Source: an uncultured Gemmatimonadaceae bacterium (GTDB lineage Bacteria > Gemmatimonadota > Gemmatimonadetes > Gemmatimonadales > GWC2-71-9). From it: a stretch of DNA of 53,184 nucleotides. The position numbers and the translations under genes were made by a program. Below, in pieces: positions 35,765 through 44,808 of this stretch. Below the pieces are notes generated by a model. That model did no database searches. It saw only the letters and a list, made by a program, of their open reading frames with translations, and was not told where the DNA came from. The DNA lies in the NCBI GenBank assembly GCA_964501735.1, contig CAZCVG010000001.1, forward strand, positions 1 to 53,184. The letters are read 5' to 3'. Position 1 is the stretch's first letter, and every line of letters starts with the position of its first letter.

Positions 35765-35809
35765 GAAATCAGACAGGCGGAGGGCCCCCACGGGGGCCCG
35801 GAGGCAGAA

Positions 35810-35838
35810 TTGACGACATGGTCCAAGTGCTGTAGGAT
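35810..35838 (+). promoter_or_regulatory. sigma70-type promoter for dacB
   Basis: TTGACG, a 17-nt spacer, then TAGGAT. It lies about 55 nt upstream of the ATG at 35892. Confidence 0.45.
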
Positions 35839-35891
35839 GGCGGGGTTAGCGGGGAGAGTCAACGCATTTCCCACTCTCGGATGGGGGCTGG

Positions 35892-37427
35892 ATGAAAACC
35901 AGATGGCTGGCCGGCGTCCGCCGGCCGATTACCCTCGGCCTGGCGCTCCTCGCCGGCGGCCTCCCGGCCCCGCTCCCCGCCCAGGCCCTGCCCCGGAGCG
36001 CCGTCCGCCAGCTCGACTCCCTGCTCGACGCGGCGCCCTTCCACCGCACCCTCTGGGGCGTCGCCCTGGTGGACCCGCAGGGCCGGCTGCTCTACGGCCG
36101 CAACGCCGACCGCCTGTTCGTCCCGGCCAGCAACACCAAGCTGGTCGTCAGCGCCGTCGCCGCCGCGCTCCTGCCCGGCGACTGGGCCGTCCCGACCAGC
36201 CTTTACGCCGCCGGCCCGGTGGCCGACGGAGTGGTGCACGGCGACCTGGTGCTCTATGGGCGGGGGGATCCGACCTTCGGGCGCCGCTGCTACGCCACCG
36301 ACAGCACCCTGCCCGGGGTGTGCGATGCCGATCCCGCCGCCCGGCTCCGGCTCCTCGCCAGCCGGCTCCGGGACGCCGGCGTCCGGGTGATCCGCGGTGA
36401 CCTGGTGGGCGACGGTAGCTGGTTCGACGCCGAACTGATCCACTCCGGGTGGAACGCCTACGACCTCAACTGGTGGTATGCCGCCCCGGTCTCGGGCCTG
36501 GGCTTCAACGACAACAGCGTGGACATCACCTGGCGCCCCGGCGCCGCGGTGGACGCCCCGGCGGTCCTCAGCCTGGACCCCGACCTGGGCGATGTCACCA
36601 TTGAGAACCGCACCCGCACGGTGGACATCGGCGGGGACTCCGACATCGGCGACCGGATGTTCCGCCGGGAAGGCACCCTCGGGCTGTGGGCCGAGGGCAC
36701 GGTGGCGCTGGACCACGTGGGCGGCACCGAGTCCTACGCCATGCCCGACCCGAGCCTCTTCACCGCCCGGGCCCTCCGCCAGGCGCTGGCGGAGGCCGGC
36801 ATCTCGGTGCTGGGCACCACCCGGAGCACCACCGATTCCCTGCGCTACCTCTCGGCCCGCCAGGCGCCGCCGCTGGCCGAGGTCACCGGCCGGCCGCTCC
36901 GCGACTGGGTCTTCCCCATCCTCAACACCAGCCAGAACTGGTACGCCGACATGCTGCTCAAGCAGCTGGGCCGCCAGTTCGGGGGCGACGGCAGCTGGTC
37001 CGGTGGCCTGGCGGTGGAGCGGCGCTTCCTGATTGACTCGGTGGGCCTCGACTCCACCCTGTTCGCCCTCTCCGATGGATCGGGCCTCTCCGCGGCCAAC
37101 CTGGTCTCGCCTCTCGCGTTCACCGGGCTGCTCCGCTACATGCGGGGTCATCCGGGGTTCGCCACGTTCGCGGCCGGGCTGCCGCAGGCGGGCCAGACCG
37201 GGTCGCTCCGCAACCGCTTCCGCGACACGCCGCTGGCGGGACGGGTCGCCGCCAAGACCGGCAGCATCGCCCGGGTGAACACCCTCTCGGGCTACTTCAC
37301 CCTTCCCGATGGCCGGACATTCACCTTCTCGGTGCAGGCCAACCACCAGACCGCCGGCGGGCGCCGCACCATCGCGCAGATTGACAGCATCGTGGTCGCG
37401 ATGGCGCGGGCCGTGTCGCGGAGATAG
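35892..37427 (+). CDS. dacB: D-alanyl-D-alanine carboxypeptidase/endopeptidase (PBP4, peptidase S13)
   Basis: Signal peptide, ASNTKL (SxxK), SDGSGLS (SxN-like) and KTGSI (KTG). Confidence 0.88.
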   Translation: MKTRWLAGVRRPITLGLALLAGGLPAPLPAQALPRSAVRQLDSLLDAAPFHRTLWGVALVDPQGRLLYGRNADRLFVPASNTKLVVSAVAAALLPGDWAVPTSLYAAGPVADGVVHGDLVLYGRGDPTFGRRCYATDSTLPGVCDADPAARLRLLASRLRDAGVRVIRGDLVGDGSWFDAELIHSGWNAYDLNWWYAAPVSGLGFNDNSVDITWRPGAAVDAPAVLSLDPDLGDVTIENRTRTVDIGGDSDIGDRMFRREGTLGLWAEGTVALDHVGGTESYAMPDPSLFTARALRQALAEAGISVLGTTRSTTDSLRYLSARQAPPLAEVTGRPLRDWVFPILNTSQNWYADMLLKQLGRQFGGDGSWSGGLAVERRFLIDSVGLDSTLFALSDGSGLSAANLVSPLAFTGLLRYMRGHPGFATFAAGLPQAGQTGSLRNRFRDTPLAGRVAAKTGSIARVNTLSGYFTLPDGRTFTFSVQANHQTAGGRRTIAQIDSIVVAMARAVSRR

Positions 37428-37435
37428 CGGCCGCC

Positions 37436-37915
37436 ATGCAGATCCTCCTCATTCGCCACGCCGATGCCGGCGACCGGGACCCCGCCGCGTGGCCCGACGA
37501 CCGCAACCGGCCGATGTCCGCCAAGGGAGCCAAGCGCCACCGCCGGGCGGTGAAGCGCCTGCGCCGGGCCGGACTGGTGCCCACCCTCCTGCTGGCCAGC
37601 CCCTGGACCCGGGCCTGGCAGACGGCCGAGCTGACCGCGGCGCTGCTGGGCGGGCCGCCCCCGGTGGCCTGCCCGCCGCTCACCGACACCCCCGACCTTG
37701 GCGCCCTCGCCAAGGCGGTGGGCGACCAGCCGCCCGAGGCCATCGTGGCGCTGGTCGGGCACGAGCCCTGGCTGGGCGAACTCGCCGCCCTGCTCCTGAC
37801 CGGCGACTCGGCGGGGGTGACCATCGACTTCCCCAAGTCCGGCATCCTGGGCCTGGAGAGCGACCACTTCCGCGGCGGAGCGGCCGCGCTGGAGTTCTTC
37901 TGGCGCCCCAAGTAG
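37436..37915 (+). CDS. sixA: phosphohistidine phosphatase SixA
   Basis: MQILLIRHADAG (RHG-type motif) and LVGHEPWL. Length is 159 aa. Confidence 0.8.
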   Translation: MQILLIRHADAGDRDPAAWPDDRNRPMSAKGAKRHRRAVKRLRRAGLVPTLLLASPWTRAWQTAELTAALLGGPPPVACPPLTDTPDLGALAKAVGDQPPEAIVALVGHEPWLGELAALLLTGDSAGVTIDFPKSGILGLESDHFRGGAAALEFFWRPK

Positions 37916-37977
37916 GCCGGGGCGCGGCAGTGGCAGCCAGGTAACCGCGCGCGAAGGCCTCTGGTTACCTTCCCGCC

Positions 37978-39357
37978 ATGCCCAGCCTTCTTTCCCTGCG
38001 GATAGCGATCGTGGGAACCGGACCGTCCGGTTTCTACGCCGCCGAGCACCTGCTGAAGCACGCCGGCGACGCCACCATTGACCTCTTCGACCGGCTGCCC
38101 ACGCCCTTCGGGCTGGTGCGCGGCGGAGTGGCGCCCGACCACCAGAAGATCAAGTCGGTCACCCGGGTGTTCGAGCGCATCGCCGCCGATCCCCGGGTCC
38201 GGTTCTTCGGCAACGTGCTCATCGGCCGCGACCTGACCCGGGCCGAGCTCAGCCGGCACTACCACGCCATCATCTATGCCTGCGGCGCCCAGAGCGACCG
38301 GGCCCTGGGCATCCCCGGCGAGGGGCTGCCCGGCAGCCACCCGGCCACCGACTTCGTGGGCTGGTACAACGGACATCCGGACTACCGCGGCCGGGGCTTC
38401 GACCTCACCCAGGCCGGCGTGGCGGTGATCGGGATGGGGAACGTGGCGGTGGACGTGGTGCGCATCCTCGCCCGGACGCCCGCGGAGCTGGAGCGGACCG
38501 ATATCGCCGACTACGCCCTGGATGCCTTGCGGACGAGCGGCGTGCGCGACATCTACATGATCGGGCGGCGGGGACCGGTGCAGGCGGCCTTCACCCACCC
38601 CGAGCTGAAGGAACTGGGCGAGCTGCCCGGCGCCGACATCCACGTCCGGGCCGAGGATCTCGAACTGGATGCCGGCAGCGCGGCCCGGCTCGCTGGCGGC
38701 GACGACAAGACCGCGGAGAAGAACCTGGCCACGCTCCGGGAATTCGCGGCGAGACCCTCGTCGGGAAAGCCCAAGACCATCCACCTCCGGTTTCTCGAGT
38801 CCCCCCTCGCGCTGGTGGGCGGGGCACGGGTCGAGGAGCTGGTGCTGGGCCGCAACCGGCTGGTGCCCGGGAACGGCGACGACCTCCGGGCGGAGCCCAC
38901 CGGCGAGTCGGCCCGGCTGCCCGCCGGCCTGGTGTTCCGGTCGGTCGGCTACCTCGGCACCGGGATCCAGGATGTGCCGTTCGATCCCAGGCGTGGCATC
39001 ATCCCGAGCAACCGCGGCCGGGTCGAGCAGCCGGCCGGGGTGGTGGTGCCGGGCGAGTACGCGGTGGGCTGGATCAAGCGCGGGCCGAGCGGGGTGATCG
39101 GGACCAACAAGCCCGACGCGGTGGAGACGGCCACCCTGCTGCTGGAGGACGCGGCCGCCGGCGCCCTGCCCGCGCCGGCCGACCCGGCCCCGGAGGCGGT
39201 TGACCGGCTGCTGGCCGGACGCGGGACGCGGGTGGTGCGCTGGCCCGACTGGCAGCGGCTGGACCAGCTCGAGCAGGCCCGGGGCAAGGCCGCGGGCCGG
39301 CCCCGCATCAAGTTCACCGACGTGGAAGAGATGCTGCAGTTGTCAGGCGTGCCCTGA
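37978..39357 (+). CDS. FprA/adrenodoxin-reductase-type NADPH:ferredoxin reductase
   Basis: IAIVGTGPSGFYAA FAD Rossmann motif, a second VAVIGMGNVAVDV NADP motif, and GWIKRGPSGVIGTNK. Confidence 0.82.
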   Translation: MPSLLSLRIAIVGTGPSGFYAAEHLLKHAGDATIDLFDRLPTPFGLVRGGVAPDHQKIKSVTRVFERIAADPRVRFFGNVLIGRDLTRAELSRHYHAIIYACGAQSDRALGIPGEGLPGSHPATDFVGWYNGHPDYRGRGFDLTQAGVAVIGMGNVAVDVVRILARTPAELERTDIADYALDALRTSGVRDIYMIGRRGPVQAAFTHPELKELGELPGADIHVRAEDLELDAGSAARLAGGDDKTAEKNLATLREFAARPSSGKPKTIHLRFLESPLALVGGARVEELVLGRNRLVPGNGDDLRAEPTGESARLPAGLVFRSVGYLGTGIQDVPFDPRRGIIPSNRGRVEQPAGVVVPGEYAVGWIKRGPSGVIGTNKPDAVETATLLLEDAAAGALPAPADPAPEAVDRLLAGRGTRVVRWPDWQRLDQLEQARGKAAGRPRIKFTDVEEMLQLSGVP

Positions 39358-39420
39358 CGCCGCGGGCGCCGGTGGCCGCCGGCCACCCGCCCCTCCCGGA
39401 CCCCAGCCCTCGAGGCCGCC

Positions 39421-40539
39421 ATGGCATCACGCCGTTCCCTGGGTGGCATCCTGCTCCTCGCCCCGCTGGCCGCCTGCGGCGCCCTGGGGCAGGGGTGGAA
39501 TGCCTGGACCAGCGACCGCCCGCCGGCCCCATTGGTGGAAGCCACCGTCGCCAGCGATGCCCGGCTCGACTCCACCGGCGCCATCCACGGGAGCTTCGTG
39601 GGCGAGGGCACCAGCCGCCAGGTCACTCTGGTCACCAGCGACACCACCATCATCGCCGCCCTGGCCCGGCGCTACCGGCCGGAGCGGGACCGCCGGGGCG
39701 ACCTCTGGTCCTGGCTGGCGGCCCGCGGGCGCCTCTCGGTCAACATCGACCCGGTGGACGACTCGGCCCTGGTGGCCCAGCCGGTCATGGTGGGGTCACC
39801 CCAGGGGCACACCCAGGTGCGGCTCCGGGCCCTCACCCTGCGGGGGTCCCGGTGCGGCTGGCGCGGCACCCGGGCCGAGCTGGTGGTGGAGCCGGCCCGC
39901 ACCGGCGACCAGCCGTCGCTCCGCGGCCCGGTGGCCGGGTCGTTCCTCGACGAGGCCAGCTTCCTGGTTGTCAGGCGGCTCGAGCACCGGGAGCCGGTCG
40001 AGGGGCCCGCGCCGGCCCTCACCGACTCGCTGCTGGAGTGGACCGCCCGGGCCATGGACTCGCTGCTGGCCGGGGAGCTCGCCCCGCGGGACCTCCCCCT
40101 GGCCCGCGCCGCCGGCGCCAGCCTGAGCCTCAACGGCCTGGAGGATGACGACGCCGCCGACGTGCTCTCGTTCCGGCTCGACGACGGGCGGGTCCGCCAC
40201 GCGGTGTCGCTGCGCGAGCGTCGCCGTACCGCGCGCGGCACCGAGGTGCTGGCCGCCACGGTGATGATCTGGGACGCCGCCGGGGCCTGGCAGCAGGTGG
40301 TCTTCCGGCCCACCCTGCTGGAGTACCGCCGCCACCGCATGGTGCGCGCCTATGGCGGCCTGACGGCGCCGCTGTTCTGGCGCCGGCTCGAGCCGGTCAG
40401 CGGCTTCGCCTTCGGGCGGGATTACCTCTGGATGGAGCAGGTGAATGTGGAGGATGGCAGCGTGCTGTGGGTGATCCTGGAGCCCCGGGGCAACACCATC
40501 GTGGCCGCCGCGGAGATGGAGGGCCCGTGCCGGGACTAG
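39421..40539 (+). CDS. hypothetical lipoprotein (372 aa)
   Basis: LLLAPLAACG lipobox. No recognisable catalytic motif. Codons are GC3-rich. Confidence 0.6.
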   Translation: MASRRSLGGILLLAPLAACGALGQGWNAWTSDRPPAPLVEATVASDARLDSTGAIHGSFVGEGTSRQVTLVTSDTTIIAALARRYRPERDRRGDLWSWLAARGRLSVNIDPVDDSALVAQPVMVGSPQGHTQVRLRALTLRGSRCGWRGTRAELVVEPARTGDQPSLRGPVAGSFLDEASFLVVRRLEHREPVEGPAPALTDSLLEWTARAMDSLLAGELAPRDLPLARAAGASLSLNGLEDDDAADVLSFRLDDGRVRHAVSLRERRRTARGTEVLAATVMIWDAAGAWQQVVFRPTLLEYRRHRMVRAYGGLTAPLFWRRLEPVSGFAFGRDYLWMEQVNVEDGSVLWVILEPRGNTIVAAAEMEGPCRD

Positions 40540-41084
40540 ACCCCACCCCGGGCACCCAGCCGCTCCGCCTCGGCACCGAGCGGCTCCTCCTGGCGCCGTT
40601 CGAGGCCCCGGCGATCCAGGCCCTGCTCGAGGCCGACCAGCCGCGGCTGGAGCGCCTGACCGGCTTCCGGTTCCCCGCGCCACTCGGGCCCCCGCCGCTC
40701 ACCGAGGAAGTCCTGCCCATGGTGCGCGACCGCCTCATCGCGGATCCCGCCAGCCTGGGCTGGTGGACCTGGCTCACCGTCGAGCGGGCCTCGGGCCTGG
40801 TCACCGGCGCCATCGGGTTCGGCGGGCCGCCCGACGCCGACGGCGCCGTCATGATCGGCTACGCCACCTACCCTGGCGCCGCCTCACACGGCTTCGCGAC
40901 GGAGGCCACCCGCGCGCTGGTCAGCTGGGCCCTGGCCCAGCCCGGGGTGATCCGCGTCTGCGCCAGCATCCCCCCGGAAAACGCCGCCGCCCGCCGGGTG
41001 GCCGAGAAGGTCGGCATGCGGGTGGCCGGCACCGTCTGGGAGGAGGAGATCGACGACGTCCTCCTCTACGAGATCCGGGCCTAG
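40527..41084 (+). CDS. GNAT-family N-acetyltransferase (RimJ/RimL-like)
   Basis: GTG at 40527 overlaps the preceding gene. Motifs are RLLLAPF, GAIGF.., GYATYPGAASHGFATEATRALVSWA and NAAARRVAEKVGM. Confidence 0.75.
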   Translation: MPGLDPTPGTQPLRLGTERLLLAPFEAPAIQALLEADQPRLERLTGFRFPAPLGPPPLTEEVLPMVRDRLIADPASLGWWTWLTVERASGLVTGAIGFGGPPDADGAVMIGYATYPGAASHGFATEATRALVSWALAQPGVIRVCASIPPENAAARRVAEKVGMRVAGTVWEEEIDDVLLYEIRA

Positions 41085-41158
41085 CGCCCGCCCCGGCCGG
41101 GCCACCGAGGCCCGTGCCGCCGATGGCTGCCGACCCCGCCGCAGGCTATGTTCCCGCC

Positions 41159-41704
41159 ATGAAGATCTACACTCGCACCGGTGACGCCGGCGAAACCGGC
41201 CTGTTCGGGGGCGAACGGGTGCCCAAGGACCACGTCCGGGTGGCGGCCTACGGCGACGTGGACGAGCTCAACAGCGCCATCGGCGTCGCCCGGGCCACCC
41301 CGCCGGCGCCGTTCATGGACAACCTCCTCGAGAGCATCCAGCGCGACCTCTTTGCCCTCGGCGGCCAGCTGGCGACGCCCGATCCCGGCAAGGTGCGGGC
41401 GGCGCTGGAGAAGGCGAGGCTCGACGAGTCCCGGGTGGCGGCCTTCGAGCGGGTGATGGACGAGGCCGAACGCGAACTGCCCCCGCTCCGGGCGTTCGTC
41501 CTTCCGGCCGGCACCCCCAAGGCCGCCGCCCTCCACCTCGCCCGGACCGTCTGCCGCCGGGCCGAGCGGAGCGTGGTGCGCCTGGCCCATGAGGCCGACC
41601 TCCCGGAGCTGTTCGTGGTCTACCTCAACCGGCTGTCCGACCTGCTCTTCACGCTGGCCCGGGTGGCCAATCACCGCGACGGAGCCCGCGACGAGACCTG
41701 GTAG
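41159..41704 (+). CDS. PduO-type ATP:cob(I)alamin adenosyltransferase
   Basis: MKIYTRTGDAGETGLFGG N-terminus and YLNRLSDLLF. Confidence 0.9.
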   Translation: MKIYTRTGDAGETGLFGGERVPKDHVRVAAYGDVDELNSAIGVARATPPAPFMDNLLESIQRDLFALGGQLATPDPGKVRAALEKARLDESRVAAFERVMDEAERELPPLRAFVLPAGTPKAAALHLARTVCRRAERSVVRLAHEADLPELFVVYLNRLSDLLFTLARVANHRDGARDETW

Positions 41705-41752
41705 GCCCTCGGCCAAGGCCCGCCACTCACCCCGACCGCCTGAACCGACCCG

Positions 41753-42886
41753 ATGCCCGTCATCCCCGTTCACCACGCGCTGGGCCAGTACGATGTCATC
41801 GTTGAACCGGGGAGCCTGCTCAACCTGCCGGACCTCATGGCCCGGACCATGGGCCGGCGCAAGCTGGTCCTGATCACCGACGACACCGTAGGCCGGTACT
41901 ACGACGAATGGACCCGGGGCGCCGCGGAGAAGCGGGAGCCCGGCGCCCCGCCATCCGGGGCCCGCGCCCGGCTCCGCTGCGAGGCCCGCCTGAGCTTCCC
42001 CGCCGGGGAGGCCAGCAAGCGGCGCGAGACCTGGATCCGGCTGTCCGATGAGATGCTGGCGCTGGGACTCGACCGCCAGGCCGGGGTCGTGGCCCTCGGC
42101 GGCGGCGTGGTGGGCGACCTCGCCGGCTTCGTCGCGGCCACGTTCATGCGCGGGATCCCCCACGCCCAGATCCCCACCACCCTGCTGGCCATGCTCGACG
42201 CGTCGGTGGGCGGCAAGGTCGGGGTGGACACGCCGCTGGGTAAGAACCTGATCGGCGCCTTTCACCCGCCGGCCGTGGTCGTGGCCGACCCCCTCACGCT
42301 GCTCAGCCTCCCCGACCGGATCTTCCGGTCCGGCCTCCCCGAAGCGGTCAAGCACGGGCTGATCGCCGACGCCAGCTACTTCTCCTGGATCGAGGCCAAC
42401 GCCGGGCCACTCCTCGCCCGTGACCTCGAGGCCCTGACCCACCTGATCCGGCGGAGTGTGGAGATCAAGTCGGCGGTGGTGAGCGAGGACGAACGGGAGG
42501 GCGGCCGGCGGGCCATCCTCAACGCCGGGCATACCATCGCCCACGGACTGGAGCACGCCTCCGGCTACCGCCTGCCCCACGGGGAGGCGGTGAGCCTCGG
42601 CCTGATCGCGGAGTGCCGGATCGCGGAACGGCTTGGCCTGGCCCCGGGTGGCCTGGCTGAACGGGTCCGGGGCGTCCTCGACGCCCTCGGGCTGCCCACC
42701 GAGTCTGGCCCCCCCGCGCCCGTGGCGCGGGTTCTGGAGGCGATGCACCAGGACAAGAAGAACCGGGAGGGCCACGTACGCCTCGCCCTCCCGGTTCGGC
42801 TGGGCGCGATGCATGACGGGGAGGGCGATTGGACCGTCCCGGTGACCGAGGAACTGCTGGCCAGTGCGGTGGCGGGGCTGTCCTGA
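41753..42886 (+). CDS. aroB: 3-dehydroquinate synthase
   Basis: GGGVVGDLAGFVAATFMRGI, DASVGGKVGV and LNAGHTIAHGLE. Confidence 0.92.
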   Translation: MPVIPVHHALGQYDVIVEPGSLLNLPDLMARTMGRRKLVLITDDTVGRYYDEWTRGAAEKREPGAPPSGARARLRCEARLSFPAGEASKRRETWIRLSDEMLALGLDRQAGVVALGGGVVGDLAGFVAATFMRGIPHAQIPTTLLAMLDASVGGKVGVDTPLGKNLIGAFHPPAVVVADPLTLLSLPDRIFRSGLPEAVKHGLIADASYFSWIEANAGPLLARDLEALTHLIRRSVEIKSAVVSEDEREGGRRAILNAGHTIAHGLEHASGYRLPHGEAVSLGLIAECRIAERLGLAPGGLAERVRGVLDALGLPTESGPPAPVARVLEAMHQDKKNREGHVRLALPVRLGAMHDGEGDWTVPVTEELLASAVAGLS

Positions 42887-42965
42887 TCCACATATCCTCG
42901 GGCCGGTTTTCCCCCAAAAGGCACATCTCAACACTTCGTATCATCAAGTTATTCATTGACTTAAC

Positions 42966-42994
42966 TCTCGCCTACCAGTAGGTAGGTGTGAGTT
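42966..42994 (+). promoter_or_regulatory. distal sigma70-type promoter (P2) of the sigma-factor gene
   Basis: TTGACT, a 17-nt spacer, then TAGGTA. The -10 is embedded in the inverted repeat CCTACC-agta-GGTAGG (42981-42996). Confidence 0.35.
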
Positions 42995-43070
42995 CGGCGC
43001 CTCCGAACGGTGGATAAGTCCCGCAACGGGGTGCCAATGAACGATTTGTGATGTGGATATCAATTTCTGC

Positions 43071-43099
43071 TTGACCACTTTTTATAGGCGTCCTATATT
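43071..43099 (+). promoter_or_regulatory. proximal sigma70-type promoter (P1) of the sigma-factor gene
   Basis: TTGACC, a 17-nt spacer, then TATATT. This is the best sigma70 match in the window and leaves a leader of about 70 nt. Confidence 0.55.
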
Positions 43100-43175
43100 C
43101 GCACACCCATCCGGCGGCCATTGCCTCGGCCGCGCCCCTAGCGCCACAACCAGCCGATCGTCACGCGGAGCTTGC

Positions 43176-44069
43176 ATGTCTGCGCTGAAACAGAGCCGGG
43201 CCAAGGCCTTCTTTCGTCCCACCGCCAGTGGTGCCTTCGACCAGTACCTCCAGGACATCCAGAAGCTGCCGATGATCACCGACCCGGCCGAGGAGAAGCG
43301 GCTGGCGCGGCTGGCCCAGCAGGGGGATGAGCGAGCGGCGGAGCGGCTGGTGACGGCCAACCTCCGCTTCGTCATTTCCTACGTGAAGAAGTACCAGGGT
43401 CACGGGCTGGACCTGTCGGAACTGGTCGCCATCGGCAACGAAGGGTTGCTCAAGGCGGTGCGGAAGTTCGATCCCGACCACGGGGTCAAGTTCATCTCCT
43501 ACGCGGTGTGGTGGGTCCGGCAGGCGGTGCTCAAGGCGCTGGCCGAGCAGACCCGCAGCGTGCGCATCCCGCTCAACCAGAACTCGGCCCTCATCAAGAT
43601 GTCGCGGGCCGAGACCTTCCTCTCCCAGGAACTGGGCCGGGAGCCGACCGACGAGGAGATCGCCACCGCGCTCAACGACTCCGTGGACAACATCCGCTCC
43701 GCCAGGCGCATGACCTCGGCGGAGCTTTCGCTGGATGCCCCGGTGGAGCGGAGCGACAAGAGCAGCGGCACCCTGGGCGAGCGCTTCGCCGGCACCCAGG
43801 GCGGCGACATCGAGGAGAAGACCGACGCCCGGCTGATGCGCGAGTTCATTGACCGCATCTTCCAGCGCTATCTCACCCCCCGCGAGCGCAAGATCCTGTA
43901 CCTCTACTACGGCCTCGAGGAGGGCAGCGAGGCCCTCACCCTCGAGAAGATCGGCGAGCTGCTCGGCGTCACCCGCGAGCGCATCCGCCAGATCCGCGAG
44001 CGGGCCTTCGAGAAGCTGCGCGAGTCACCCGACGTCAAGGGACTCAAGGGATTCTGGGTGGCGGCGTAG
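43176..44069 (+). CDS. RpoD/SigA-family sigma-70 factor lacking region 1.1 (297 aa)
   Basis: FDQYLQDIQKLPMIT (region 1.2), NLRFVISYVKKY and FISYAVWWVRQAV (region 2), TLEKIGELLGVTRERIRQIRERAFEKLR (region 4.2). The ATG is chosen because P1 lies inside the longer track ORF. Confidence 0.88.
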   Translation: MSALKQSRAKAFFRPTASGAFDQYLQDIQKLPMITDPAEEKRLARLAQQGDERAAERLVTANLRFVISYVKKYQGHGLDLSELVAIGNEGLLKAVRKFDPDHGVKFISYAVWWVRQAVLKALAEQTRSVRIPLNQNSALIKMSRAETFLSQELGREPTDEEIATALNDSVDNIRSARRMTSAELSLDAPVERSDKSSGTLGERFAGTQGGDIEEKTDARLMREFIDRIFQRYLTPRERKILYLYYGLEEGSEALTLEKIGELLGVTRERIRQIRERAFEKLRESPDVKGLKGFWVAA

Positions 44070-44090
44070 CGCCGGCCGCCCGCACCGACC

Positions 44091-44126
44091 GAGGGGGAGC
44101 CCGGCGCCCGCGCCCGGCTCCCCCTC
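44091..44126 (+). terminator. GC-rich hairpin after the sigma-factor gene (possible terminator)
   Basis: GAGGGGGAGCCCGGCG-cccg-CGCCCGGCTCCCCCTC with one mismatch. The T-tract is poor (GTTGCGT). Confidence 0.35.
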
Positions 44127-44151
44127 GTTGCGTCGCACTATATTCACAGCC

Positions 44152-44808
44152 ATGCCCTCCCGTCTTCCCCTGTTTCCCCTCCAGCTGGTGCTCTTCCCGG
44201 GCGAGCCCGTGCCGCTCCACATCTTCGAGCCGCGCTATCGCCAGCTGCTCGAGGACTGCCTCGAGGGGGACGCCCGCTTCGGCATCACCGCCGACGCCAG
44301 CCCTGGCCCGGGCACGGTGGGCTGCGTGGCGGAGATCCGGGGAACCCAGCCGCTCCCCGACGGCCGCAGCAACATCGTGGTCGTGGGCGGCGAGCGGTTC
44401 GCGGTTCGTGACCTGCTGGACGAGGGGACGCCCTACCTGGTGGGGAGCGTGGAGCTGTTCGCCGACCGGCCCGGCACCGCCCCGCTGCCGGCCGAGCTGG
44501 AGGAGCTCCGGGAGCTGGCGACCGAGTACCGCTCCACCCTGGCCGTCCTGGCCGACAGCCCGGGCCCGGCCCCCGAGTGGTCCGAGGACGCCGAGGCGTT
44601 CACCTTTCAGGTCGCGGCCATCTCGCAGCTGGACCTCGAGGCCAAGGGACGGCTGCTCGCCTTTCGCTCTACCCGGGAGCGGGTCCGGATGCTGGCGGGC
44701 GCGCTGCCGGCGCTGCTGCAACTGGCCCGGGGGCACGCCGCCGTGCACGTGCGGGCCCGTTCCAACGGCAAGGGGCACCCGGGGCACGATATCGTCACCG
44801 ACGGATGA
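44152..44808 (+). CDS. Lon protease N-terminal (LON substrate-binding) domain protein
   Basis: LPLFPLQLVLFPGEPVPLHIFEPRYRQLL. Confidence 0.85.
   Translation: MPSRLPLFPLQLVLFPGEPVPLHIFEPRYRQLLEDCLEGDARFGITADASPGPGTVGCVAEIRGTQPLPDGRSNIVVVGGERFAVRDLLDEGTPYLVGSVELFADRPGTAPLPAELEELRELATEYRSTLAVLADSPGPAPEWSEDAEAFTFQVAAISQLDLEAKGRLLAFRSTRERVRMLAGALPALLQLARGHAAVHVRARSNGKGHPGHDIVTDG

Noticed and set aside
43053-43175. GTG-initiated 41-codon extension of the sigma-factor ORF
   Set aside because: The best sigma70 promoter of the window (43071-43099) lies inside it. The extension is AT-rich with atypical codons. The ATG at 43176 gives a normal region-1.2 start.
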